The notes: generated by a model from the sequence alone, not told the origin. DNA of 64,000 bases from Methanotrichaceae archaeon (GCA_963754945.1 CAVWIG010000017.1:96001-160000); one strand, 5' to 3'. Counted from the stretch's first letter, positions 20,659-31,287 are shown. Numbers and translations are program-made.

Positions 20659-22431
20659 ATGATTGCAAAAGACCCAATCTGCGGGATGCCGGTGGATGCC
20701 CAAACTGCGAAGTTCAAGGCTGAGATCAGGGGCGGTGAATATTATTTCTGCAGCGAAGGCCACATGCGCAGCTTTCTTGAAGCCTCCAGGATCGCCTACT
20801 TCTCCATGGAGATAGGCATAAAGAGCGATATACCGACTTACAGCGGCGGGCTTGGCGTGCTGGCAGGCGACTCGGTGCGTTCCTGCGCGGATCTAAGGAT
20901 TCCCCTCGTAGCAGTAACCCTCGTCAGCAGGAAAGGCTATCTGAGGCAGCAGATAACCGAATGGGGCGATCAGCTAGAACATCCCGACGAGTGGGAGCCA
21001 TCCAAGTTCATGAGGCTGCTTCCTGATACAGTAAAGGTGTGGATCGACGGCAGAGATGTAAAGATAAAATCCTGGCTCTACGACCTTCAGAGTCCGACGG
21101 GTGGGCTGGTTCCTGTGCTTTTCCTGGATACGGATGTCCCAGAGAACGATCCCGAAGATAGAGAGATCACCAGCTTCCTCTATGGAGGCGATGAGAGGTA
21201 CAGGCTGAAACAGGAGATGGTCCTGGGAATCGGCGGCATGAGGATGCTCGAAGCACTGAGCCTCAAGATCAGCAAGTACCACATGAACGAGGGACATTCG
21301 GGCCTCTTGACTCTGGAGCTGCTGAAGAAGAACGACATGAACGCTGACAAGACAAGGGATCTATGTATCTTCACGACCCATACACCAGTCGAAGCGGCCT
21401 TTGATAAGTTCTCTTACGATGATGCTCAAGCCTTCTTAGGAGATGAATTCCCACTGGAAGAGCTGAAAAAGTACGCTGGATCGGATAGGCTAAACATGAC
21501 CCTTCTCGCCTTGAACCTGAGCAAGTACGTGAACGGAGTAACCAAAGCTCACATGGAGTATTCCAAAAATCTCTTCCCAGGTTATCATTTAAGCGCTATA
21601 ACCAACGGCGTTCACCCTTACACCTGGACTTGCCAGCCTTTCAGGGATCTCTTTGACAAGCACATCCCTGGATGGGCAAACGAGCCCGAGCTGCTGGTCA
21701 GGGTCGATGAGATTCCCCACCAGAAAATCTGGGATGCTCATATTAAAGCCAAGAAATTGCTGATCGATTACATCAACGAGAACACCGAAGCGGGCATGGA
21801 TATTAATGCTCTCACGTTGGGTTTCGCACGGAGGGCTGCGTCCTACAAGCGTGCAACGCTGATCTTCTCGGATCTGAACAGGCTGAGGGACATAAACAGG
21901 AGTGGAAAGTTACAGCTCATCTTCGCGGGAAAGGCACATCCGAGAGACGAGGCAGGTAAGCGCATTATCAAAGAGATATACAACTACAGCTCTCAGTTGA
22001 GAGGAGATCTTAACATAATCTACCTCGAAAATTACAATATGAAACAGGCGGGCAGGCTCACCTCTGGCGTCGATCTATGGCTGAACACGCCGCTACCGCC
22101 TAACGAAGCATCGGGAACGAGCGGCATGAAAGCGGCCTACAACGGCGTAATAAATTTCAGCGTCCTAGACGGCTGGTGGATCGAGGGCTGCATCGAGGGC
22201 ATCACTGGATGGGCGATAGGCCCGAAGCCGAGAGAACTTATGGTAGAAAGAGAAAAAAGGGCTCGCGAGCTGAAAGATCTGTACAATAAACTGGAATATC
22301 TGGTAGTTCCAATGTTCTACGATAACAGAGATGCCTGGACGAACATGATGAGGAACTCTATAGGAAAGATTGCCTATTACTTCCACAGTCACAGGATGAT
22401 GCGAAGATACGCTACGGAGGCTTATCTGTAG
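20659..22431 (+). CDS. glgP: Alpha-glucan (glycogen) phosphorylase with N-terminal YHS domain
   Basis: DPICGM...YYFCSEGH YHS domain; AYFSME, YSGGLG, NEGH, FARR..YKR, EASGTSGMK PLP site. Confidence 0.92.
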   Translation: MIAKDPICGMPVDAQTAKFKAEIRGGEYYFCSEGHMRSFLEASRIAYFSMEIGIKSDIPTYSGGLGVLAGDSVRSCADLRIPLVAVTLVSRKGYLRQQITEWGDQLEHPDEWEPSKFMRLLPDTVKVWIDGRDVKIKSWLYDLQSPTGGLVPVLFLDTDVPENDPEDREITSFLYGGDERYRLKQEMVLGIGGMRMLEALSLKISKYHMNEGHSGLLTLELLKKNDMNADKTRDLCIFTTHTPVEAAFDKFSYDDAQAFLGDEFPLEELKKYAGSDRLNMTLLALNLSKYVNGVTKAHMEYSKNLFPGYHLSAITNGVHPYTWTCQPFRDLFDKHIPGWANEPELLVRVDEIPHQKIWDAHIKAKKLLIDYINENTEAGMDINALTLGFARRAASYKRATLIFSDLNRLRDINRSGKLQLIFAGKAHPRDEAGKRIIKEIYNYSSQLRGDLNIIYLENYNMKQAGRLTSGVDLWLNTPLPPNEASGTSGMKAAYNGVINFSVLDGWWIEGCIEGITGWAIGPKPRELMVEREKRARELKDLYNKLEYLVVPMFYDNRDAWTNMMRNSIGKIAYYFHSHRMMRRYATEAYL

Positions 22432-22581
22432 GGCTGAAACTCCTGGATGCCTCTGAGATGAACCCTATATGTTTAATCCCTTAGTACGATACAAATTTAT
22501 TCTCAGTTCGATACAAATTAAGCTACTAAAGGGCTTCAAGTTTCGAGGCAGCTTAATATAATTCTGGATATTGGTGATAAA

Positions 22582-22725
22582 ATGCGGGTTATAGATCCTA
22601 TTTGCAAGATGGAGATGGAAGATAAGTGGGCAGGCTTCAAAAGCGAGTACAAAGGGAAAACTTACTACTTCTGCAGCCTTGATCATAAAAAGATGTTCGA
22701 TGAGAACCCGGAAAAGTACCTCTAG
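22582..22725 (+). CDS. YHS-domain small protein 2 (47 aa; not in ORF track)
   Basis: MRVIDPICKMEMEDKWAGFKSEYKGKTYYFCSLDHKKMFDENPEKYL; GGTGA RBS. Confidence 0.85.
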   Translation: MRVIDPICKMEMEDKWAGFKSEYKGKTYYFCSLDHKKMFDENPEKYL

Positions 22726-22764
22726 CGATTGAAATGAAGTAAGAATGGCAGTAAGGAATGGGAA

Positions 22765-23130
22765 ATGAGAGGACGTAATTCAGCAATCATTGCTATAGCA
22801 TTAATCTCAATCATAAGCTTATCCGGATGCATCAATCAGGAAAAGCTTCCGCCGAACACAGTTGAGATCAAGAACTATAACTACAGTCACTATGCCTTCA
22901 CTCCGGAGACGATCACAGTGCCTGCAGGTACGGAAGTAACTTGGATAAACCGCGATTCAGGTAACCATACCGTTACAAGTGACCTTATATTAACAAGTAC
23001 AAAGGAGATGTTCGACTCTGGAATCATAAGGCCAGGTGAAAACTACAGCCACGCTTTCAATGATCCTGGATATTACAGTTACCACTGCAAGGTTCATACA
23101 TACATGAAGGGCTATGTAATTGTGAAATAG
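22765..23130 (+). CDS. Cupredoxin (plastocyanin/azurin-like) lipoprotein
   Basis: LSGC lipobox; HTVT and YHCKVHTYM type-1 copper ligands. Confidence 0.88.
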   Translation: MRGRNSAIIAIALISIISLSGCINQEKLPPNTVEIKNYNYSHYAFTPETITVPAGTEVTWINRDSGNHTVTSDLILTSTKEMFDSGIIRPGENYSHAFNDPGYYSYHCKVHTYMKGYVIVK

Positions 23131-23323
23131 GCTCTGATTCTTCGAGCTAAATATTTGGACTAAGCGCCTTATATTTTTAAAACTGGAAAAAGTGAGCCTG
23201 GTTTCATAATAGTACGAAGATATCTGAAATGGAATTTTTTAAAATTGAGCAATTGCCTCTCCGCAATCCATGATTATAAATAGTTTAAGAAGTCAACTAT
23301 ATCAGAAAGTAGGAGAGATTCCG

Positions 23324-23578
23324 ATGAGCTTGAAGTTGGATGTAAAAGCATTTACCATAGCCAGTGGTATTGTAACGGGGCTAGCCAATCTCGTAGTGTC
23401 TCTGTTTGCCGTAGCTACCGGTCAGGGATTGCAGTACTTTGAAATACTCGCGCCCTTCCACCCAGGGTATACACCAACAGTAGCGGGTGCCGTGATAGGC
23501 TCCATCTGGATGCTCATCTACGGCGCGATAATTGGAGCACTTCTGGCTTATATCTATAACTACTTTGTGAAGGAGTAG
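23324..23578 (+). CDS. Small two-helix membrane protein
   Basis: AGGAGAG RBS, two hydrophobic helices, PGY turn, C-terminal YN. Confidence 0.7.
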   Translation: MSLKLDVKAFTIASGIVTGLANLVVSLFAVATGQGLQYFEILAPFHPGYTPTVAGAVIGSIWMLIYGAIIGALLAYIYNYFVKE

Positions 23579-23804
23579 CTGCCTTCAGCAGGATGAATAA
23601 GCGATGGAGACACGGTCACTATTTTTTCACTTCAATAGCCGGATCTGACTAAGCTCTTGATAATTTTTTCCCTACAATCAGAAGAACGAGAATATTGGGT
23701 GCAACATGTAGAAATGGCCAATGAGGCCTTATCAGCTATCGAACAATATTGCCACAAGGATAAGCTATTTAGGCAAAGATGGGTAGAACAATTACCCTGT
23801 TTAT

Positions 23805-23850
23805 TTTAGATTGAGTACCCCCGTAGCTTGTTTCGGGGTGCCTATTTGAC
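23805..23850 (-). mobile_element. Minimal palindromic IS200/IS605-derived element (46 bp)
   Basis: On + strand follows TTTAT, carries a CCCCG-TAGCTTGTTT-CGGGG hairpin and ends TTGAC, like the 150-bp relatives. Confidence 0.65.
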
Positions 23851-23864
23851 TTATTGGTGATAGA

Positions 23865-24014
23865 ATGACGATGAAAGATCCTGTCTGCAAAATGGAGCTG
23901 GATGAGAAGGAAGCGAAGTTCAAGGCCGAATACCAGGGAAAAACTTACTACTTCTGCAACCTCTCCGATAAGAAGAAGTTTGAAGCGAATCCGAAGAAAT
24001 ACCTGGAGTCCTGA
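23865..24014 (+). CDS. YHS-domain small protein 3 (49 aa; not in ORF track)
   Basis: MTMKDPVCKMELDEKEAKFKAEYQGKTYYFCNLSDKKKFEANPKKYLES; GGTGA RBS. Confidence 0.85.
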   Translation: MTMKDPVCKMELDEKEAKFKAEYQGKTYYFCNLSDKKKFEANPKKYLES

Positions 24015-24026
24015 TTGGGAGCCAAA

Positions 24027-24986
24027 ATGAAGATAGTTGTAGCAGACCCGATCTTCCTTCCTAATGATTATAGAGCCAGGTTGAGAGCCCTTGGCGAGCT
24101 TGAGGTCTACGACAGCGTGCCCTCTTCACTGGATGAGTTCATGGGAAGGATAAAGGATGCAGAGATAGTCGTAGTGGGAAGATATGGTGTTTCTGCCGAA
24201 GCATTCCGAAATGCACCTAGGCTAAAGTTGATATCCCTTTGGCAGACCGGCTACGACAACGTCGATCTGAAAGCCGCAAATGAACATGGTGTGATCGTAT
24301 CCAACGTTCCCAACTACGCCTTCGACTCCGTAGCAGAATTCACCTTCGCCCTTGCCCTCAATCTGCTCAGAAAAGTCCACATAGCTGATATGAACTTACG
24401 CAAGGGCAAGTTCAATTGGAAAGACTACATCGGCAATGAGCTTATGAGCAAGACTCTGGGAGTGCTCGGAACAGGCAATATAGGAAAAAGGGTAATACAG
24501 ATCGCTCAGGGGTTCAACATGAATGTGCTCTCAACTTCTGCTCACCCTAGCCCAGAGAAGGCAAAGAAGCTGGGGGCAAAGTTCGTTGACCTCGACACCC
24601 TGCTTTCAGAGAGCGATATTGTGACTTTGCATCTCCCGCTCACGCCAGAGACCGAGCACATGATAGGTGCCTTACAACTGGCCAAGATGAAACCAACTTC
24701 AATCCTGATAAACACTGCAAGAGGTAAAATAATTGATGAAGAGGCCCTTGTGGAAGCGCTCAGGGAGAAGAAGATTGCGGGAGCTGGCCTGGATGTCTTC
24801 GAGAAGGAGCCGCTACCTTTGGACAGTCCTCTTCTGGAGCTGGACAACGTTGTTCTTACGCCGCATATAGCCTTCCTGTCCGAGGAATCTATAGACGAAT
24901 GCACCTACGTGTGCGTAGAGAACATCGAGATGTTCGCAACAGGCCAGCCTCAGAATGTTGTTAACCCCCGCGGGCTAGCGGCATAA
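24027..24986 (+). CDS. D-isomer-specific 2-hydroxyacid dehydrogenase
   Basis: GTGNIG, INTARG, LDVFEKEP, TPHIA. Confidence 0.92.
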   Translation: MKIVVADPIFLPNDYRARLRALGELEVYDSVPSSLDEFMGRIKDAEIVVVGRYGVSAEAFRNAPRLKLISLWQTGYDNVDLKAANEHGVIVSNVPNYAFDSVAEFTFALALNLLRKVHIADMNLRKGKFNWKDYIGNELMSKTLGVLGTGNIGKRVIQIAQGFNMNVLSTSAHPSPEKAKKLGAKFVDLDTLLSESDIVTLHLPLTPETEHMIGALQLAKMKPTSILINTARGKIIDEEALVEALREKKIAGAGLDVFEKEPLPLDSPLLELDNVVLTPHIAFLSEESIDECTYVCVENIEMFATGQPQNVVNPRGLAA

Positions 24987-25002
24987 TTATGGTTGGGCGA
25001 TA

Positions 25003-25224
25003 ATGTCTAGGCGATCTCTCTTTGCAGTCAATGCGACCATGGCCATTTTTTTCCTAGCGCAGGTGGCTACAGGCATAAGACTTTGGCTTATCGATCTCAT
25101 AGGATGGAAGCAGTCCAATATATGGATGAACGTTCATCTTATCACAGGCTTCGGCTTACTTGTGCTCATCGCAATACACCTTTACATAAACCGGGAATGG
25201 ATTAAGGCGCAGTTCTCAAGATAA
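25003..25224 (+). CDS. Small membrane protein with two His-bearing helices (DUF4405-like)
   Basis: Q.ATG, W..VH...G, IHL..N..W pattern. Confidence 0.65.
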   Translation: MSRRSLFAVNATMAIFFLAQVATGIRLWLIDLIGWKQSNIWMNVHLITGFGLLVLIAIHLYINREWIKAQFSR

Positions 25225-25295
25225 AGGCCCATGCATAAAAGAAAAAAAACCTAGCCGGAGTCGACTTCGACCTCACCTAGCCGCTTCCAAGAATC

Positions 25296-26793
25296 TTATG
25301 CCTGCTGAATGCTGTTTGCTGCACCCGAGCCAGCTATCTTTATCTCCAGGACATCCCTGAAGGTCTTAGATGCGCCTGATGCAGATGCGACTATGGTTAT
25401 CCTGTAAACTCCAGAAGCAACTCTGGCCTTCCAGGTTCCAGCGTACTCATCTCCTGAGACCTGCTGCATACTCACTTTGGCAACCTCCTCGCCCTTGGAG
25501 TCCTCAATGACTGCCTCGCTCTTGAAGGTCTCAACCGCAGTTTTGCCTATGGAGCCCAGCTTTACACCTCCTTCTTTCGTGCTCGTTAGACTGCCACCAG
25601 TGTAGATAGTGATGGGTTCGCACGTTGCACATCCCTTGGTCGTGAGTTTGATCTCCTTAGACGTTGCTGAAAGCCTTGAATTCGTAGAGTTGTTTGCTGG
25701 AGTTGCATCTGTGGGTCTCACAGAAGATTCATTCGATCTGCCCTCTCCAAAGATTGCGACAATCTTGATGGGAGTGCCGGATGCCGCAGGATTCGGTTCT
25801 GCATGCACTTCTTTTATGCCTAGGTTAAGAGTGGGCTGGCTCTCCAGCCAGTTCTGCCAGGAGTAAAGCCGAGCGTCATAGCCGGTAAGAGTCAGCCCGT
25901 ACCAGACCAGCGATGCCTTCACACCAGTGTTGGTGAAGACCACTACAGGCTTATCCCTGCTCAATCCAGAGAATAGCTCCTTGAGGGCCGATTCGTTCTT
26001 GATCTTTTCATTATCAAGAATCTCATCGAAAGGTATGTTAATAGCGCGTGGTATAGAGCCTGCACTGTAGTCCGATGCTGCCCTAGCGTCCACTATCTGC
26101 GCGCCGCTGTTCTTCACATAGTCAAAGGTTGCGAACAGGTTTGCCTTGAGCTGAGGAATGTAGATCGTTCGGGATCGCACTTCAGATTTATTTTAAAACG
26201 CAATACCCCGCAGCTTGCTGCGGCTGGGATAAAGAGCATGTAACTCCAACTTAAGGATGCTTCAGATTTCGTAGAGCATTTTTATGCGTCGGCGGGAACA
26301 TGCCCCGCTGCTTGCAGCGGGGTCCGCCGACGCAACGTTGACTTGAGGTCGGCTTTCCCAAAGCAACCCAATCTTTTATGCCTCCATCTAACACCTTTAC
26401 CTTTTCGTGACCAAGGTACTTCAGAATCCAGTATACGTAAGTAGAGGTCGAAGGTCCTCCGCCACAAGGCATGCACTCACCATAGATCACAACAGAATCG
26501 TCTCTGGAGATTCCGGTATCACCAAGTATCTGCGCTATCTCTGAAACCGGTTTCATTACTCCCCCATCGTTTACAAATTTAGTGTATGGGATGCCGATTG
26601 CTCCTTGGATGTAGCTCGTAGCATTGGGGGACACATCCACCAGGACGTCTGTTCCGGAGATATTCGAAGGCGAGGCAAGCATCGATGAGATGCTTCCGGC
26701 TTCCATACCCATTGCGCCTGCGGTTAGCGCGGCCAAAAGAAAAAGTGCTGCAAAGATACAACTTAAGGCTAAATTAGATCTGACGTTTCTCAT
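25296..26793 (-). pseudogene. Secreted tandem-rhodanese protein interrupted by a 151-bp element
   Basis: Removing 26192-26342 restores one frame (...GKPTSNKSEVRSRTIY...); LDGG..DW and VDAR..DY..G.IP.A rhodanese motifs. Confidence 0.85.
26192..26342 (-). mobile_element. Non-autonomous palindromic IS200/IS605-derived element A (151 bp)
   Basis: Two subterminal CCCCG-CWGCAAGCWG-CGGGG-type hairpins; GTCAA end; ATAAA/TTTAT target; no target duplication; boundaries fixed by ORF restoration. Confidence 0.85.
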
Positions 26794-27152
26794 GATTTCA
26801 CCTATTTAACAAGATTGAACTATGTGCTTCGCAAACTGTCGATGATGAATTCGCATAGCTTGCTCGGGGGTTCCCAAATCCTCTTAAGAGGGCTTCCATA
26901 TTATTATCAATCGCCGTAGTAACACTTGTTATTGAAGCGGACATTAATCGATCGACATATAAACCTATTGAAAGGAAGAACGTTGAGAAGTTTGTTCAGC
27001 AAAAAGAAATCGGTTTCTGGCTCCCGCATACTAAAAGTAAGAGCTTGCGCCATCTCAACATTAGAGGCTAATTTATTTTGCCTTTTAATTGATGGCCTTA
27101 AGCGCTGATATTGTCCTTAAGGACCTGGTTACATCCGAATAGATACTCGACA

Positions 27153-29049
27153 TCATCTCTTCGCCACCCGCAGACCATTCATCACAGCTAGTATCTCAGA
27201 GGTCTCGTGGAAGAAGACCGCAGCAGCAACGCTCAAAATTCCGATGAGCGCAGATGGGATCATCACAGCCAGGACGAGCAACGAGAAAGCAATATTCTGG
27301 CTGCTAATCTTCCTAGCCTTCTTGCCGATATTTATTGCAAACGAAATTTTCGCTAGGTCATCAGCCATAAGCGCGACATCCGCTGCCTCAATAGCGGCGT
27401 CCGTGCCCGCAGCTCCCATAGCAATTCCCACAGTAGCCTGGGCCAGAGCAGGCGCATCATTTATTCCATCTCCCACCATGGCAACAGCGCCATATTTCTG
27501 CTCTAGCTCCTTCACAGCTTGGGTCTTTTCATCAGGCTTGAGGTTTGCCCTGATCTCATTCACACCTAACTCCTGTGAGATTGCCTTGGCTACTAAATCG
27601 CTATCACCAGTTAGCATTACCACCTTGAGCCCCATTCTATTGAGCTCCTCTATGACCTCTTTTGCCTTGGGCCTTATCTCATCTCTTATACCGATGATAC
27701 CCTCGATGCCTTCAGAGGTTCCCACGAGGATCGTGGTCTTTCCCTCGCGTCTCAGCCGCTCAATCTCGGTACCCTCGGGAATGCTCAATCCCAGCCCTGC
27801 GAAAAACTCGGGTTTGCCTGCATAAACGGTCTTACCTTCTATATTGCCGCTGACACCCGAACCTATGAGGCACGCGAAGTTTTCCACTGCCAGGGGTTCG
27901 AGTTTCATCTCCGTGGACCTTTCAACAATCGCCTGGGCCAGGGGATGCTCCGAAAGATGCTCAACGCTATAGGCCCGCCGCAGAACATCGGTCTCTCCTC
28001 CCTTCAGTGCCAGGATATCGGTAACTACTGGCTTGCCCCTGGTAAGGGTTCCCGTTTTGTCGAAGGCTACTGCCTTGATCTTGCCTAAATTCTCAAGGTG
28101 AACTCCGCCCTTAATGAGTACGCCTTTCTTTCCGGCCATTCCGATTCCTGCTGCTATGGCCACGGGAGTCGACATTACCAGAGCACAGGGCGCCGCTGCA
28201 ACCAGGAGGACGACGGCTCTTCTACCCCACTCGGATATACCGCCATCGAAGAAGAGAGAGGCTGCGACCAAGAGAGCCGCACTCAGGAGGACCAGCGGAG
28301 AATACCTATCGCCGAAACGCTCGATGAAAAGCTGAGCCTTGCCCTTCTCTTCGTGGGCCTCCTCAACCAGACGAATTATCTTTGATAAGGTGTTATCTTC
28401 GAAGGCCGTAGCGGCTCTGATTTCCAGAGCGCCTTCTCTGTTGATGGTGCCTGCAAAGACTCTCATGCCCTCGTTCTTCTCGACCGGAATGGATTCCCCT
28501 GTAACTGGAGCTTCATCAATACTGGATTTTCCTCTTTCGATTACTCCATCTGTTGGAACGGCTTCACCAGGCCTGACAACGAACAGATCTCCCACTTTAA
28601 GGTCTTTCACAGGTACAGTTACTTCTTTTCCATCGATGAGAATCCTGGCCTCCTTTGGGGCAAGGTCGAGAAGTTCCCTTATGGAGCCCCTGGTCCTGGC
28701 ATAGGTATATTCCTCCAATCCCTCTGCAGCGCTGTAAAGGAAAACCAGGAATGCTGCTTCATCCCAAATGCCCAGCAGCACCGAGCCAATAGCGGCTGCC
28801 ATCATGAGGATCTCAATTCCGACCCTCTTCTCCTCAAGAAACTCCTCGATGCCCTCTCTGGACCAGTGATAACCGCCTAGCAGGATGGCAACAATGAATA
28901 CCGCGTTCTCGGAATACGCCGTGATTAATCCCAGGTGCGCTAACCCAAATGCGGATACTGATACTGTTAGCAAACCGGAGATCAAGGCATTGCGCATTAT
29001 AAGGGTACTCGTACCATTTCCCATCAGAGATATCTTCCACTTCGCTCAT
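27153..29049 (-). CDS. Heavy-metal P1B-4-type ATPase (Co/Zn/Cd); apparent frameshift near 29001 in the N-terminus
   Basis: TGES, APC, DKTGT, SEHP, GDGINDAP, HETSE; the RBS-preceded ATG at 29049 is out of frame with the body, in-frame ATG at 29024. Confidence 0.88.
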
Positions 29050-29106
29050 TCTTGCTCTCCTTTGCATTCTAAAAGTCAATCATTTTATAATATTCAACCT
29101 TATATT

Positions 29107-29478
29107 TCAACTTTCATTGATGTGTTTTAACCCTTCATGGAAAAGCGCAACCACATGTTCATCATCGAGGCTATAGTATGCGATTTTACCTTCTTTACGA
29201 AGCTTGACTATGCGTCTATCCTTAAGAATTCTTAACTGGTGGGATATTGCCGAGTTTTCCATGCCAAGCACGAAAGATAGATCGCAGACGCACATTTCCC
29301 CGGATAACAGAGTATTTATTATTCTTAGCCGGGTAGGATCGCCCATCGTCTTAAATATCTCAGATAAGCGCTGCACTGCCTTATCGCCGAGCTCTCTCGT
29401 TTTTGCCTTTTTTACTAGCTCTGGATGTATGCAATAGACTTCACAATTTTCGTCTATACTGGTATTATGCATGACCAT
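29107..29478 (-). CDS. ArsR/SmtB-family metal-responsive repressor
   Basis: CEVYCIH, DPTRLRI, EMCVCDL, SAISHQLR, DDEHV...LKH. Confidence 0.92.
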   Translation of the reverse strand: MVMHNTSIDENCEVYCIHPELVKKAKTRELGDKAVQRLSEIFKTMGDPTRLRIINTLLSGEMCVCDLSFVLGMENSAISHQLRILKDRRIVKLRKEGKIAYYSLDDEHVVALFHEGLKHINES

Positions 29479-29496
29479 CTCCTATCCATATTAGCG

Positions 29497-29522
29497 AACA
29501 TATGAACATGTGTTCATACGTG
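29497..29522. promoter_or_regulatory. SmtB/ArsR-type operator
   Basis: TATGAACA-TG-TGTTCATA core in a 12-2-12 inverted repeat, between a TATA-like TTTAAATA on the minus strand and the repressor start. Confidence 0.8.
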
Positions 29523-29607
29523 CAACAATGTAGTGGTATTTAAAGATTTAGATTAAGGATTAAGGCGGCTTTGCAAAATAGTAGTTCGAAGAGGAATAAA
29601 AATTTAG

Positions 29608-30375
29608 TTAGATAATGCGGAATTCAGGTGAAGGTCCACCTGTTTCTGAGGCCTCCCGTTTAACTGCATTTTGCCAGCCTTTCATGAAGGTCTCCCAATC
29701 CTGGTAGTGATCCCTTAGGACGGTGCAAATATCCTCCATCATCCCGAAGGGTATTCCAACCACTACGCTGTCATCATCAAGGCCGGAATACCACGAAGAT
29801 CCATCACACCCTAGAGATACGTTCAACTCGCCCTTCAGGTAGGGAGAAACGGTGGCATCCATGCAGAACGACTGAGCCCCTGTCGTGCTGAAGGTGGACT
29901 TGACTCCCGATTTGTAAATCATTGCCTGGGTTATCCTGCGAGCCTGGATGGGAGTGCCCACAAATATCACTACGTCAGGATTGACAACCATCTTGTCCAG
30001 AGGTGCAACATAGGTCGCGACTATGCTACTTTCATCGTGAAGGAGAATGCTTTCATAGATGCTGGCGCCCGTCTCTCTGCTCTCGCATTTCATGAGTTTG
30101 TCGAAGTACAGAGATCCAGAGGATACATCCTCCGGACAGTTTACTAGGCCAAGACTTGATGCCCCGAGCTTGCATTCATGGTAATCCGCATGGGCGAGAA
30201 AGCTGTCGCCGTGCAGCCTCGCAGTCTGGATCATCTGGCAGTACATGAAAGGTCTCTCCAGGGATTCCAGATCCTTGGGGATGTCCTCCTCACGCTTGAA
30301 CAGGGCCACGCCCACAATGTTATCCTCTATTCCCAGGGCGGTCTTCATTATATCCGACATCTCTTCAAGATTCAT
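29608..30375 (-). CDS. DUF169-family protein
   Basis: YCQMI..AR, C.LG..LG, PDVVIF, QSFC.DA, SLGCDGS; GGAGG RBS before MNLEE. Confidence 0.8.
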   Translation of the reverse strand: MNLEEMSDIMKTALGIEDNIVGVALFKREEDIPKDLESLERPFMYCQMIQTARLHGDSFLAHADYHECKLGASSLGLVNCPEDVSSGSLYFDKLMKCESRETGASIYESILLHDESSIVATYVAPLDKMVVNPDVVIFVGTPIQARRITQAMIYKSGVKSTFSTTGAQSFCMDATVSPYLKGELNVSLGCDGSSWYSGLDDDSVVVGIPFGMMEDICTVLRDHYQDWETFMKGWQNAVKREASETGGPSPEFRII

Positions 30376-30499
30376 CGCAAAACCTCCTGAAGAATTACGT
30401 CGAGATGGCATTTCTTCCTTTCGTTTACTGTCTCGAAGTTTAGGAAAATTTAATAACAATAGTTACCATAGATATTCTAGATTTAATGGAGGTTAGTAT

Positions 30500-30850
30500 A
30501 TGAATAAAGCAGAGTGCAATCTTTCCTTGGATGAGCTTCTGGAATTTGAGGGCGTAAGGGAAGCGGGGATATTCAGCCCTGAGGGAAAGCTTGTAGAGTA
30601 TAAATCCAAAGTTGGTATGCCAAAAGAGATGGCCCAGATGACCGCCAAGTTCTGCGGGGCTGTAAACACAATGTTCGATGCCCTGGCTAGCGCCTACACA
30701 GATCTCTACAAGATGAACTGGGTACCTCAGCACAACTGGATATACAGCGGAGGCGACTGGACTGTTATAATCTCTGGCAATAGGGGCGTCTTCGTTGAAA
30801 CCTCCGAGGCCGATTTAGAGAAGCTCCTTAAAGCCCTGGGTGTGTGTTAA
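30500..30850 (+). CDS. Roadblock-like hypothetical protein (DUF2173-like)
   Basis: L.ELL..EGV..AG.FS.EGKL..Y, A.FC, W.P...W.YSGGDW. Confidence 0.7.
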   Translation: MNKAECNLSLDELLEFEGVREAGIFSPEGKLVEYKSKVGMPKEMAQMTAKFCGAVNTMFDALASAYTDLYKMNWVPQHNWIYSGGDWTVIISGNRGVFVETSEADLEKLLKALGVC

Positions 30851-30948
30851 TTTTCCGTAAACTAGATGTCAAGACCTAGCTAGCCGCTTGCTAGCTAAAC
30901 CATATTTAGTCAGCCCGTTAGCATTTCAGGCAAAAGAGGTTAACTCAA

Positions 30949-31287
30949 ATGGATGCCAGTAATCTCAATTCAAAAGAAGGATTCGGATGGGCCTATAAGA
31001 TAGCGTTGCTCTGTATTTTGGCTATAGTTGCATTTTACCTGATTGAGGAGCACAGAGCACATCTCATAGCCTATTCGGGCACTATATTATTCGTAATCTT
31101 CATTCTACTACACCTCTTCATGCATAGTGGGCATGGAGGACATGGTGGCCACGGAGATCACGGAGGTAGTGATGGAGCCCATCATGAGCACGACAGCGGA
31201 AGAGAGGAAATGCCTGAAGCCGATAAAGCAGGAGAACCTATAGACGCGCACCAGCATGAGAACAGACAGGTGGAGAACAAGCTATGA
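30949..31287 (+). CDS. DUF2933-like membrane protein with His/Gly-rich tail
   Basis: FYLIEEHRAH, LHLFMHSGHGGHGGHG; overlaps the next gene's start. Confidence 0.75.
   Translation: MDASNLNSKEGFGWAYKIALLCILAIVAFYLIEEHRAHLIAYSGTILFVIFILLHLFMHSGHGGHGGHGDHGGSDGAHHEHDSGREEMPEADKAGEPIDAHQHENRQVENKL

Noticed and set aside
26851-26880. GCATAGCTTGCTCGGGGG resembling the palindromic element hairpin
   Set aside because: Lacks the paired CCCCG arm, the TTTAT target and the TTGAC end
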